A program made the position numbers and the translations under genes. Below the pieces are notes generated by a model. That model was given only the letters and a program-made list of their open reading frames with translations. It had not been told where the DNA came from and ran no database searches. A stretch of 64,000 nucleotides of DNA from Mobula hypostoma (lineage: Eukaryota). Numbering within the stretch: the first letter of the stretch is position 1; every line of letters starts with the position of its first letter. The stretch is from NCBI RefSeq assembly GCF_963921235.1, contig NC_086108.1, positions 83,702,001-83,766,000 of the forward strand, read 5' to 3'. Shown one piece after another: positions 25,032 through 37,835 of this stretch.

Positions 25032-28000
25032 TCATCTAAAGTCTGCTCGCATTGGGGTTATATATTCAATCCATTTATTCCAGATTTGATAAAATGTTTC
25101 TTTTTGAGTTCTCAGGGAGTAAGTCAACTTTTCCATTTTAAATATTTCCAAGCTAATTTCGTACCAATCTTCTAATGTTGGTGGTATTGGATTTAGCCAT
25201 TTTCTAGTGATTGATTTCTTACTTGCCGCTAAAAGGGCCTGCAGCAACTTTATATCTTCCTTCTGTTCAAGGAACAATACATGCCCCAAATAGAGCGTCT
25301 CAAAGTTCAGAGGTATCTGGGACTTAAGTACCTTAACTAATGTTCTATGAATACCTTCCCAAAATAGACTTAATTTAGGGCAATCCCAGAAAATATGAAA
25401 ATGATTCGCCTCCTTGGAGCCGCACCTTCTCCAACACATCACATTTGTATCTTTATATTTTTCCTGATATGGGGTCTTGAAGTATCTTATAATGTTTTTC
25501 CAACAATGTTCTCTCCAAGTCAAAGAATTAGTCGAGGACCATTGAAAGCTGCAGATTTTCCCCAAAGCCTCCTCTGAAAGTACCAACCCCGCTTCTTTCT
25601 CCCACTTCTCTTTAATATACAGTGTATTTACATTTTTAGCATGGGAGAGTGCATTATATAGGCGAGAAACTGATTTACTAGGTATTGAAATGCAAGCCGA
25701 ATTCAGAATCTTGAAAAATTTTTATTCTACTTTTGATAGGTCTGTATATCTACAACTCTGGTTAACATAGTTTCGTATTTGAAGGTACCTAAAAAAGTCA
25801 TTATGTTCTAGGCCATGTTTGTCCTGCAGGATTTGGAAACTTTGTAATACTCTTTTATCTATAAATGAGAGGTAGGTTGTAAGACCTTTCTTTATCCATA
25901 ACTCAAATCTTTTATCTCCTCTGTTGGGAAGGAATTCGGTATCATATGCACACCATCTAAAGAGTTTTAACATGTTATTAATTCCACATGAATTAACCAC
26001 CTTCTGCCATACTTTTAATGTAAGATTTATCCAAGCATTATTAAATTTTTCCAACTGGGCCATCAATCCTTTGTCAGCTATTGAGGCCTGAAGAGGAAAA
26101 CTGTCAACTAATCCAAATTCTATTTCCTTCCATCTAGCCTTATATTCCCTATTACACCAATATAACAGAGGGGTTATCTGTGAGGCATAAAAATAATTTC
26201 TCAGGCGAGGAAGAACCATACCTCCTCCTTCCTTCCCTAACTGTAAGGTGTTATATGGAATTCTAGGTTTCCTTCCTTGCCAAATGAAGCGGGAAATCCA
26301 TTTGTCCCATTCCCTGAATTGATTATCATCCACCTCCACCGGTAAAGTACGGAAAAGATACAATAACCGAGGAAGAATATTCATTTTTATAGTATTTATC
26401 CTTGAATTTAAACTTAAAAAGGGGATAAGATTCCATCTATGCATATCTGCTTTTATCTCTGAGATTAAAGGCCCATAATTTACCTGTGACAGTGTTGAAA
26501 GATCCTTCGGCAGGGTTATTCCTAAATATTTTAATGATTTAGCTTCCCACTTAAGATCGTATGTATCCTGCAATTTTTTGGATGGTGTATAATTTAGGGA
26601 CATAACCCGCATTTTCTTTACATTTATTTTATAACCTGATATTTTCCCAAAGTCATCCAGTGTAAACAATCCTATAAATTATTTTTCTGGTTCACTCAGA
26701 TAGACCAAAACATCATCTGCGAATAACGCCACTTTCTGTTCAATCCCTGCCACCTTGATACCTTTTACGATTTCGCTCTGTCTTATTAGTTGGGCAAGTG
26801 GTTCAATATATAGCGCAAAAAGGAGAGGAGAAATTGGGCATCCCTGTCTAGTGCCTCTCTCTAAAATGAAGGAGTCAGAGAGGTCCCCATTTATCTTAAT
26901 TCGGGCTGTTGGGCTGTCATACAGAGTCTGAATTACTTTAATAAACCTTTCTTGAAAGCCAAATCTTCCTAACACTCTGTATAGGAGTGCCCAACTAACC
27001 GAATCAAAAGCTTTCTCAGCGTCCAATCCTACTACCATTGTCTCTGTCTCGTTCTTATTAACCTGTTCTAATATGTGCAGAGTTCTCCTTATGTTGTTCT
27101 GTGTTTGTCTTTGTTGAATAAATCCAGTCTGGTCTAAATGGATTAGGCCAGGTAAAAGCTTTTCCAATCTGCGCGCTAATGTAGATGTAAATAGTTTGTA
27201 ATCTAAATTAAGAACACTAATTGGCCGATAATTGCCACATTCTAGTTTATCTTTACCCTCTTTAGGAATAACTGAAATAATCGCTTCTCTCCAGGAAGGT
27301 GGAGTTTCTCCTCTCTGCAAGATCCAATTAAAGGTGTTAAGTAGTAATGGGGCTAACTGTGTCTTCAGGGACTTGTACCACTCTGAGGTAAACCCATCAG
27401 AACCCGGGGACTTTCCAGCCTTTAACCTAGAGATGACCACGTTCAGTTCTTTGACAGTTACTGGAACTAATAAACTTTCATTTTGTAAATCTGTAAGTTT
27501 AGGTAGATCTAAAAATTTCAATACACTGTCTATATAGGGCTCATTGGGGGCCCGGGGTTGGGAGTACAGCTCTCGATAATATGTTTCAAAACTCTCTTGA
27601 ATTTTCCCTATTGTACTCTCCACAAGCTTTGTTTTTGGATTCTTTATTTTATGAATTGTATTGTCTGCTTGTTGTTTTCGTAATTTATATGCTAATAATC
27701 TAGCTGATTTACCTCCTACTTCATAATTCTTTTGTCTCAGGTAAAGAAAATTTCTTTGAGTTTCCAACGTATAAATATCATCAATTTCACTTTGCAATTT
27801 CCTAATTTCCTGTTTTCGATTTGAATTACTTTTGTTGCTATCTACAACTTGAAGTTGTTTTAATTTTCCTTGAAGGTCTGCTAATTTTTGTGCATTGATT
27901 TTTTTCATGTGAGTAGTAATGGAAATAATTTTCCCTCTCAGTACAGCTTTCAATGTATCCCATAATATCACTGGTGATGTTTCTCCCGTGTCATTAAGGT

Positions 28001-28817
28001 CTAGATATTCTTTGATTTCTCCCCTTAATCTCTCCATTACTTTCGGGTTATTGAGTATATGTGAGTTTAGCCTCCATAGTGTTTTCCTCATTTTCCTTTC
28101 CAGGATTAGAGACATAGAGACTGGGCTATGATCCGACAGATCAATTGTTGCAATATTACAGTTTTTTATCCTGAGTCTATCTGTATTAAAGATAAAGAAA
28201 TAGTCTATCCTTGAATAGGCTGAATGAGGGAAAGAGTAATATGTATAATCTTTACTAGTAGGGTGTAATTCCCTCCAGACATCTATAATTCCCAACTCCT
28301 CCATCAATGAATTCACTTTCCGAGTCAGAGGTTTATTCTGAGTAACTATTCTTGAAGAATCTAATATAGGATTTAATCTAATATTAAAATCCCCTCCACA
28401 AATTACTACCCCTCGAGAACTGACCATTAGGTCAAAAATGTGTCTATAAAATGACCATTCACTACCTGGAGGAGCATAAACATTCAGCAATGTTATTTCT
28501 GTACCTTCTATTCTTCCTGTGATTTTTACAAACCATCCTTCTTTGTCTCCAGTCTCTGAAATATGTTCATAATTAAGAGTACTTGATATTAAAGTAGCTA
28601 CCCCTCTTTTGTGACTCAATTTATATGATGAATAAAATATATGCTTAAAGCCCATTCTTTTTAATTTTCCATGTTCAGATTGGCTCATATGTGTTTCCTG
28701 GAGGAAAGCTATTTGTACCCTCTCTTTTTTCAATTTAGACATAATCTTATTTCTTTTAATTGGATTCAAAACCCCATTAACATTATAGGAAATTATTTTT
28801 ACCAATTCAGTTTGCAT
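25032..28817 (-). pseudogene. L1 ORF2p (APE + RT + C-terminal cysteine-rich domain), 1261 codons, single frame with TAA at 26679-26681 and 25722-25724
   Basis: The three listed ORFs share one frame; SYNVNG, LQETH, GGDFN, SRIDY, LSDH; LDAEKAFD, GTRQGCPISPLLF, LFADD; CWRRC...HIFWDC. Confidence 0.95.
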
Positions 28818-29179
28818 TTTTCTCTAGTAGAAAAAAAGCACTCTCCTTTTCTAACCAAACTTTAAGCAATCCCTTCTCAACAGTAAACCAAGACATATAA
28901 CCACACCCTAGACATTTCTGAACGTATAACATTTGAAAATTTTTCCCGACTTCCCACAGTGAGGCCTGAGCACCGACCCGCCTCAGTTCAGAGGGATAAC
29001 CTCTATCTTCAGCCTGTGTTAGAGGGCCCTCAGCAGTTTGAATAATCATAGAGAATTTTCTCCTATTTATGTCTCGACCATATTGCTATCATTCAAGTTA
29101 TTCCGCCTAGTTTATTTTCAGTTACCAGTTTTCATTTTACTTTTAAGTCCGATTTACTCTTTTCAGTCATTTCTCTTAA

Positions 29180-30166
29180 TTAATCTGTATTCTCTGTACA
29201 TTTGCATCTGAATATTTGCAGCTTTTCCTTGTAGTTTGACACTCTGGTTCGAGTGGAGCGTCCTCGCCCCACTAACTGCCACGACTTCTGCCGAATCCTC
29301 TCCAGTAGCGACTCCGGTTGGGCGATAACTTTAATAGGTAGTCCCCGGTCCGCCAGGTCCAACGTTGCCTCCTCCACCGTAGCGTAAGTTTTTGTCCCTT
29401 CGTTGTAAAAGACTCTCAGCCGAGCTGGATACAGGGTCTGGAATCTGATGTTGTTTTCCTTCAGGACCCTCCGTGTTTCCGTATATTCCTTCCGTCTGGC
29501 AAGAATCCCCGGTGCGTAGTCGTGGTCTAAACTGATTTTGCAGTTGTTCCACATGAAACCTTTCTTTTGCCATGCTCTTTTAAGCACCTCTTCCTTCGTT
29601 CTGTAACTGAGAAATCTGATCAGAATCGATCTGGGCTGGGCGCCTGCCGGGGGCTGTGGTGCCAACGCGCGGTGAGCCCTTTCTATCTGTAGGTATTTTG
29701 CGGCCGGTATATCAAGGTTCTCTCTAAGCAGCTTCTCCACGAAGGGAATCATCAATCCGGGTTTACCTTCAGTTCCTTCGGGAACTCCGTAAATCCTCAC
29801 ATTTTCCCTTCTCGAGCGGCCTTCTTGATCTATTAGCTTCCACTGGAGCTGGTCTTGTAGCTTCAGCATTTCTGCTATCACTTCCTCGGCGTTTTGTAGC
29901 TTCTCTTCAATTCCAACAATCCTCGCTTCGGCTTCATCTATCCGCGAGTTAGTTTTTACTATTTCTCCTTTAATATCTTCCAGCTGTTTGCTGTTATCTT
30001 GTCGGAATTCGCGAATCTCTCCGAGAATCAAAGACAGAGTCACCGATTCCCCCTCATTATCTCTGTCCTGGCTTGCCGTGGGGGAGCTAGGCCCGTCGCC
30101 TTGCTGCGTCTCTTTATGTTTATCAGCCTTCGAAGCGGACTTTTTATTCTTGTTCTTAGACATCAT
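29180..30166 (-). CDS. L1 ORF1p (coiled coil + RRM + CTD), intact 328 aa
   Basis: RIDEAEARI heptads, EGRSRRENVRIYGVPEG, IERAHR, PRSILIRF, LYPARLRV. Confidence 0.93.
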   Translation of the reverse strand: MMSKNKNKKSASKADKHKETQQGDGPSSPTASQDRDNEGESVTLSLILGEIREFRQDNSKQLEDIKGEIVKTNSRIDEAEARIVGIEEKLQNAEEVIAEMLKLQDQLQWKLIDQEGRSRRENVRIYGVPEGTEGKPGLMIPFVEKLLRENLDIPAAKYLQIERAHRALAPQPPAGAQPRSILIRFLSYRTKEEVLKRAWQKKGFMWNNCKISLDHDYAPGILARRKEYTETRRVLKENNIRFQTLYPARLRVFYNEGTKTYATVEEATLDLADRGLPIKVIAQPESLLERIRQKSWQLVGRGRSTRTRVSNYKEKLQIFRCKCTENTD

Positions 30167-33100
30167 CCTTGCCCCTTTTATTAATATACTTATGCAATAT
30201 TAAGTATTTGTCTAAATTCGATTTTGGGGCAGTTTACCTTCTTTTTTGTCGAGAAACCTTTTCCTTACGCCGCCATTCCCTTGATGACCCGGAAGTCCCC
30301 ACTCTGTTTTCTAATGACCAGCCAATACTCCACCAATGCTAGTAACTCCCCTGAAATTCCATAGGCTCTTATCTTGCTAAGCAGCCTTATGTGCAGCACC
30401 TTGTCAAAGGCCTTCTGAAAATCCAAGAATACCACATCTACTGCATCTCCTTTATCTACCCTGCTCGTAATTTCCTCAAAAAAATTGCAGTAGGTTAGTC
30501 ACGCAGGATTTTTCTTTCAGGAAACCATGCTGGCTTTGGCCTATCTTTTCATGTGCCTCCAGGCACTCCATAATGTCATCCCTAACAATCGATTCCAACA
30601 ACTTCTCAACCACTGATGTCAGGCTAACAGGTCTATACTTTCCCTTCTGCTGCCTCCCACCCTTCTTAAATAGCAGAGTAACATTTGCAATTTCCCAGTC
30701 ATCCGGTACAATGCCAGAATCTATCAATTCTGAAAGATCATTGTTAATGTCTTTGCAAACTCTCCAGCTACTTCCTTTAGAACCCGAGGATGCATTGCAT
30801 CAGGTCCAGGAGATTTATCCACCCTCAGACCATTAAGCTTCCTGAGCACCTTCTCAGTCATAATTTTCACTGCACATACTTCACTTCCCTGACAGTGTTG
30901 AATGTCCGGTATACTGCAGATGACTTCCACTGTGAAGACTGATGCAAAATATGCTTTCAGTTCCTCTGCCATCTCTGCGTCTCTCATTACAATATCTCCA
31001 GCGTCATTTTATATTGGTCCTATATCTACCCTCAACTCTCTTAACAAAGAAGATACTAAAATCTTTTTTTATTAGTCGCCAGCTTCCTTTCATAATTTAT
31101 CTTTTCCTTCCTAATGACCTTCTTAGTTTCCTTCTGCAAGTTTTTAAATCTTCCCAATCCTCTATCTTCCCATAGCTTTGGAGTCCTAGTATGCCCTTTC
31201 TTTTGCTTTTACTTTGGCTCTGACTTCACTTGTCAGTCATGGTAATGTCCTTCTTCCCTTTGAAAATTTCTTTATATTTGGAATATAGCTATCTTGCACT
31301 TCCCTGATTTTTCACAGAAATTCCAGCCATTGCTGCTCTGCTGTCCTTCCTGCTAGTATCCCTTTCCAGTCAACCTTGGCCAGTACCCCTCTCATGCCAT
31401 TGTCATTTTCTTTATTCCACTGAAATACCGACACATTGGAATTTAGTTCTGCTTCTCAAATTTCAAAGTGAACTCGTTCATATTGTGATCACTGTTCCAT
31501 AAGGATTCCTTAACCTTAAGCTCTCTTATCACCTCCAGAACATTGCGCAACACCCAGTCCAGCACAGCCGATCCCCCAGTGGGCTCAACAACAAGCTGTT
31601 CTAAAAAGCCATCCCTTAGACATTCTACAAATCCTCTCTTTTGAGGTCCAGTACTAGCTTGGTTTTCTCAATCCACTTTCATATTAAAATCCCTAAATAT
31701 TACCATGACATTGCCCTTCTGACACGCCTTTTCTATCTCCTGCTGTAATTTGTAATCCACATCCCAGCTGCTGTTTGGAGGCCTGTATACAACTGCCATT
31801 AGGGTCCTTTTAGCCTTGCCATTTCTTAACTCAACCCATAGAGACTCTACACTTTCCGATCCTATGTCATCCATTTCTAATGATTTAATATTATTTCTTA
31901 TACACAAGGCTACAGCACCCCCTCTGCCAACTAACCTACCTTTCCGATACAACGTATATCCTTGGACGTTCAGCTCCCAATGGCAGCCATCCTTTAGCCA
32001 AGTTTCAGAGATGGCCGCAACATCATACTTGCCAATCTGTAGCTGAATTTCAAGATGGCCCATTTTATTTCTTATGCTGCGTGCATTCTACTATAACACT
32101 TTCAGTCCAGTATTTGTTGCTTCCTGTTTTAGTTGCACCACACCTCTATTGCCCTGTAACTCATCCCACTGGCTGTGATTATGCCTCATCTCCTGCCTGT
32201 CCTTTCTATCATCTTTGTTGCACGCTATCTTTGATTTATTTCTGTTTTCCCCTTCCTCAGTCCTGTCACTCCAGTTCCCACCCCCCTGCCAAGTTAGTTT
32301 AAACCCTCCCTAACAGCTCTATTAAACCTGCCTGCTAAGATATTGGACCCCTTTTGGTTAGGTGTAACCCATCCTTTTTGTACTTCAAAGTCATACAGAA
32401 CTAGTTAAAGGTCATATTATCTAGATTTGAAAATGATAGCACAATATTTGGGCATTTGTACTAAAACCCTAGGAAGTCTGATACCATATTATGTCTTGTG
32501 CGGTAAAGCATCTTAATGTAAGGTTTGAAAAGAAAAAGAAACAAAAGCTATTATAAATGCTGGAAATGCAAAATATCAACAAAAACTCTGGAAACACTTG
32601 AAAGGCTGAGTCAGGGTTTTTGACCTGAATTGTTAACCCTGTTTCTCTTCCCACGGTTGCTGCCTGACAAGCTGATTTACATATTAATGTTCATTTTCAA
32701 CCAATGAAAAAGCAGTAATTAACAAACCATAGAAGTTTGGAATGAGCCATTTGTGCTATCTATGAACCATTGCATATCTTTCATATTTGAAAATTGTCCA
32801 GGTCACTGATTATTATAATGAAATATACAATGTCATTCATTATTCTGACGGTGGGGCGCATTGTCAGCTTTAAGTATCCTTTGAGTTTCCAATAAATCTT
32901 ACAGATATGTGGAGAAAAATCATCACCGATATAGAGTGCCATACGCATAAGTTTAACCAACATCTTTAGATATGTGTTAATTTTCAATTCGCAAAAAGGT
33001 AATCAGTACCTTCCAAGAAGGAGAAGATGAAAAGGTTAAGATCGTTTTTTTTTATGGATGCTGTTTCATAAATAAAATGCTGGCAGGACATTTGCTTGTA

Positions 33101-34027
33101 GAAGAATTGGCCCTTATCACATTACAAAAATGGAGCATCTTTGGTTAATATAATTATTGGACAGACTCTTGAGGTAATTTCTGTTAATGGAAAAATAAGG
33201 CCAGCTCTTTCTACCACATTAGCTGGAGTATGTGTAATAAATAGCACTGTTCTTTGTGTAAGGTTGAGTAAGAGTGAGGTGAAATGTTTGATGTTAAGGT
33301 AAGGTGAAAGACAAAACCTGCAGACGATCATTTTCAAATCAGATGGGGCTTTTCGAGACCAGCAGTGCATTAGCAAAAGATTTCAGAAACTGAATCCTCC
33401 ACAATATTGCACAATCCTGGTAACTACGCAATGCATAGTGCCTTGGTTAGGTTGGTAATGGAATAATGAAACAAGAATTTTTTCACACTTTGTAGTGCAG
33501 GAGTAATCTAGCATTTAAAACAAAAAGGTATCTATTTTTGGCAATAAGGAACAGAACATTGCTGCCAATGTCAATATTAAAATTTGCTTTAGCAGGGAAG
33601 CAGTTGTCTTTTTCCAAGCAGGTAAATATATCATGTATAGACTAGAAAAGGCCTATAAAGTACTCCTTCAACTCTACAATGAAGGTTAAGACACCAATTT
33701 CCATTTTTGCCTTTTGAAATTCTCTTCCCACTTGCCACCTGCCCACTACTGCTTGCCTGTGAAGTGGGCTGTGGCAAAGGCCTTGTCCGTGAGGCCTGGG
33801 AGTAAACTTATTTGCGCTTCACTCTGCTAACAGTTCCTAAGCCCCTATCTTTCAAAGTCCTTTTGCACAGCTGTATTGTTCCCTGAGAGAACATTCAGTA
33901 GAGCTCTCTGAAAATGAGTTTGCAATTGATCACATATTCATTGAAGAATATAGTAAGTACAGCACAAAATCACAAGAAAATAGGAGCAGGAGTAAGCTAC
34001 CTATCAAGATCTTCAAAGTTGCCCTGC

Positions 34028-34400
34028 AGTCTCTAGATGGTTGCTATACACAAATGCTCCGGATGGCTCTTGATGTGAGTTGGCAACAGCACATGACGAA
34101 CATTGAGCTCTATAACAACCTACCGATGCTGTCCACTAAAATCGAGGTGAGAAGACTGCAACTAGCAGGGCACTGTCTACGCCAGCCCGAGCTACCTGCC
34201 AGCCTAGTCATCATATGGGAGCCCAAGCACGGGAGGATGAACCCTGGGCGCCCTCCCAAGACTATGGTCAACACGCTTCTAGAAGACAGCGGCGCGGCTA
34301 ATGTAGATGAACTGAACACACTGATGAGGGAGAGGGAGAAGTGGAGAGTCCATCATCGTGCCCAACGCCGGCCCCCTAGGCCTGAGTCAACGTAGTAGTT
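34028..34400 (+). mobile_element. 5'-truncated RTE-group LINE (C-terminal 113+ codons open, short TAG-repeat tail)
   Basis: LDGCYTQMLRMALDVSWQQHMTN...RRLQLAGHC...WEPKHGRMNPGRP...REKWR; ends tagtagt. Confidence 0.85.
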
Positions 34401-34784
34401 GATATAATGCATAGGGTGTGCTGGCCTCAATTCCTTTTATGTGCCAGTTCACCTTAACCTTTAATTCCTTGATCATTCAAACTTATCTATCTCACTCTAA
34501 TATATAAAATGACCAGGTTTCCACCACAGTCAGGGGCACAGAATTCCAGAAATTGAATATCCTCTGAGAAAAGAAGTTTCTGCACACCTCAGTTTTAAAT
34601 GAGCAGCCACTAATTTAATTACCATGTCCCCTTGTTTATGACTCTCTAATGAAAACAAAAAAGTAATTTCTTTAGCCGACCTCTTACATCCTCTTGTGAC
34701 ATCTTCATTTCCAACTGGTTATACCCTGCAAATATTCACATTAATCCAGCAAGACTTCCCTACTTTTATAATCCACCTGCCCTG

Positions 34785-35690
34785 GGAGTTCAGAGCTTCA
34801 AGTTCCTGGATGAGCACGTCAGCAATAGCCTCTCCTGGTCCAACTACGTAGACGCCATAGCCAAGAAAGTGCACCAGTGCCTCTACTTCCTCAGGAGGCT
34901 AAAGAAATTCAGCAAATTTAATTTAACGCTCATCGATTTTTATAGAAGCACCACAGATAGTATCCAATCCAGATACATTATAGTTTGTTATGGCAATTAC
35001 CCTGAGACTGCAAGAAACTGCAGAACGTTGTGGATGCAGCTCAGCACATCAAGAAAACCTACCTCCCTATCTCTGTCCATGTACTCACTCTATACTTCTC
35101 ACTGCCTTGGTAAAGCAGCCAATAAGATTAAAAATCACCACCCATCCCAGACATTTCTCTTCTCCCTCCACCCCCCGCCCCATCCCATTGGGCAGAAGTT
35201 ACAAATACCTGAAAGCACTTACAACCAGTCTCAAGGATAGCTTCTAACCTACTTCTGTATTGTAAAACTATTGAACGGTCTGCTGGAACACTAACATGGA
35301 CCATTGATCTCACAATCTACCTCATTATAACCTTGCACTTTATTGTCTGCCTGGACTGCACTTTCTCTGTACCTGTAACAGTTTATTCTGCATTCTGTTA
35401 TTGTTTTCTCTTCGCAAACACGAGGAAATCTGCAGATGCTAGAAATTCAAGCACACGCACAAAAAATGCTGGTGAACGCAGCAGGCCAGGCAGCATCTTT
35501 AGGAAGTGGTACAGTCGACGTTTTGGGCCGAGACCCTTCGTCACCAGCATTTTTTGTGTGTGTTACTTGCTTTCTCTTGTACTGTCTCAATGCACTGTTG
35601 TAATGAATTGATCTGTATGGATGACATGCAGAACAGAGATTTCCATTGTACCTTGCTACATGTGACAATAATAAACCAATATCAATAATC
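34785..35690 (+). mobile_element. Rex1/Babar LINE 3' fragment and tail
   Basis: FKFL, KKVHQCLYFLRRLKKF, FYRSTTDSI motifs; tail ...tgtgacaataataaaccaat. Confidence 0.82.
35413..35570 (-). mobile_element. Mini Penelope-like pLTR insertion with inverted segment and hammerhead remnant
   Basis: 8-bp duplication TTTCTCTT (35405-35412, 35571-35578); 18-bp perfect inverted repeat (35458-35475, 35541-35558); minus strand TGACGAAGGGTCTCGGCCCAAAACGTC. Confidence 0.85.
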
Positions 35691-35774
35691 TGCTAGTGTA
35701 TCACAAAGTTACTTAATAACATTTTACTTCAACACATGATCTCATCTTGCACTCAACAGTGATGCAGCTTGAAT

Positions 35775-35960
35775 TTGCATAGTGTAGCAGTTAACATAAC
35801 GCTTTACGTTGCCAGCAACCAGGTTCAGTTCCTACCACAGTCTGTAAGGAGCTTGTACATTCTTCCTGTCACGCAGGTCAATGGGTTAAATGCTCACATG
35901 GGTGTAATGGGGCAACATGGGCTTGGTAGGCCAGAAAGGCCTGTTCCCATGCTGTAGCTC
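35775..35960 (+). mobile_element. tRNA-headed SINE remnant (HE1/V-SINE-like)
   Basis: A-box-like tagtgtagcagtt, B-box-like ggttcagttcc, core tctgtaaggagcttgtac, CR1-like tail ggccagaaaggcctgtt. Confidence 0.7.
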
Positions 35961-36019
35961 AAAGAGCAACTTTCCTCGCTAAGATAGGAATAGAAAACAC
36001 TCAAAGGGACAATTATGAA

Positions 36020-37570
36020 ACAAAATTTTGCTTTTTAGCCCATGTCTGCTCAAGGTGAATAAGGGGCTTTCAGGTTGCCCTCTATATGCCATTTCTCCGC
36101 CCAAATCTGCAACTGCTCCATATCCCGCTGTACCCTGTTTCAGTCTTCCACCAATCTCCATATCATCTGCAAACTTACCGACCAAACCATTTACAGTTTC
36201 ATCCAGCTCACTTAAATACATCCCAAAGAGAGAGAGGTCCCAGAACAGATTCTTGTGGAATGCCAGATTAAGTCCTATTGACTGCTACCCTCTGGTCTTC
36301 TATGAGCAAGTGGATTCTGAATGCAAGCAGCCAATTCACCTTGGATTCCACGCATCTTAATGTTCTGGATGATCTTTCATCTCTTTGAAAGCTGGAGAGA
36401 ATGCCAATGACCACAAACCACTTTAGTCTATGTTGCTGTACAGAAAACTCCAAATAAGTGAGTACTTCTGCCAACTTCATTACCCACAAGCACAGAATTT
36501 TCATGCCTAGGGTGAGGAAATGTGTGGTTATCCACGTTAGCAGAAAGAAGTGAAAAGCAATGAGTGTTTAAATGGAGAGAGACTAAAGAAAGCTGCTGTA
36601 GAGAGTGCAACTCACGCATAGAGTCATAGAAAAGTACAGCATAGGGACAAGCCCTTTGGCCCATCTAGTCCATAGTGAAACCATCTAAAGTACCTATTCC
36701 CATTGACCTGCACTGGGACCAGAGCCCTCCATAACCCTACCACCCATGTTTCTATCCAAACTTTTCTTAAACGTTAAAATCAAGCTCACATTCACCATTT
36801 GTGCTGACAGCTCATTCCGAGCTCTCATGACCCTCTGAGTGAAGAAGTTCCCCCTCATGTTCCCCTTAAACTTTTCACCTTTCACCCCCTAACCCATGAC
36901 CTCTGGTTGTAGTCCCACCCAACATCAGTGGAAATAGCCTGTTTGCATTTACCCTATCTATACCACTCATAATTTTGTATCTTTATCAAATCTCCCCTCG
37001 ATTTTCCAAGTTCTAAGGACATGAAACACAAAATGTTATTGTGCAGTTTCAATATGTAATTAGGAAGACAAAGGGAACATGGTCCACTATTGCAAGTATT
37101 AGTCTTGCTATGACTGCACTGGTTAAATCATATCTGGAATACTGTGTACAGTTTTGGTATCGATATGTAAATGGGAGGGGGACGTATAGATGAAGTGGAG
37201 GCAATAGGTGCATTATGATGATTCCTGTGGTGAAGGAGTTATTTAGTGCAATACAGTTGACTAGGTTAGGCCCATACTAATAGAAGTTTAGAAGAATGTT
37301 TGGTAACTCTATCATGGGTCTTGATATGTTTGATGCAGAGTGAATGTAGCCCCTTCTGGGAGAATTGAAAACTAGGGCACATCATTTCAGGAAAAGGGAT
37401 TACCTATGAAATAGTGAAATAAAGAGGTAATATTTTTTTGGATCAAAGGGCAATCGAGAGCCTTGTGGATCAAGCAGAAAATTGAAAATGAGGTCAAGAG
37501 ATGATGTGAAATCCTGTTGAAGGAAGTACAGGCTCAGAAGGCTAACTCTTGCTATGATTTCTTATGTTCT
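36020..37570. mobile_element. Cluster of degenerate CR1 fragments on both strands (minus 36020-36370 and 36620-37015; plus 36480-36615 and 37020-37570)
   Basis: GKFADDMEIGG, FFTQRVMRARNEL motifs and CR1 tails. Confidence 0.75.
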
Positions 37571-37619
37571 TATTTACGGATTGGGTTTTGCTTTACCATT
37601 TCATTCAAATGACAACATC

Positions 37620-37835
37620 ACTGATGATTTCTTCCCCCTCCCCCATGCTCCTACCTTCCTCCTCACCTCTCTCACATCATCTGCCATCTTGTACTATTCC
37701 CTCTCCTCACCTTCTCATCCTGGCTTCTGCCTCCTTCCTTTCCAACTCTGATGAAGGGTCTCAGCACAGGTTCTGCCTGACTTGTTGAGTTCCTCCAGTA
37801 TTTTGTGTGAGTTCCTCAAGACTTCCAGCATCGTC
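37620..37835 (+). mobile_element. Penelope-like pLTR fragment
   Basis: C/T-rich tract then ctgatgaagggtctc...ctgcctgacttgttgagttcctccag, as at 6130-6260. Confidence 0.75.

Larger units (their letters stand above)
24475..30297 (-). mobile_element. Full-length L1-clade LINE (5823 bp)
   Basis: 15-bp TSD CCCACTCTGTTTTCT (24460-24474, 30298-30312); A-rich tail with AATAAA at ~24475-24505; 5' end GACTTCCGG; ORF1, ~360-bp spacer, ORF2. Confidence 0.96.
23398..32380 (-). mobile_element. CR1 LINE (degenerate ORF2 with 3' tail), split by the L1 insertion into 23398-24474 and 30298-32380
   Basis: APE (YDVAAISETWL, VYRPPNS), RT ([23 protein letters not shown]), C-terminus (RTRGH, FSQRVVNLW), tail ...cctatttcttatggtc; RT sequence is continuous across the L1. 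Confidence 0.92.
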
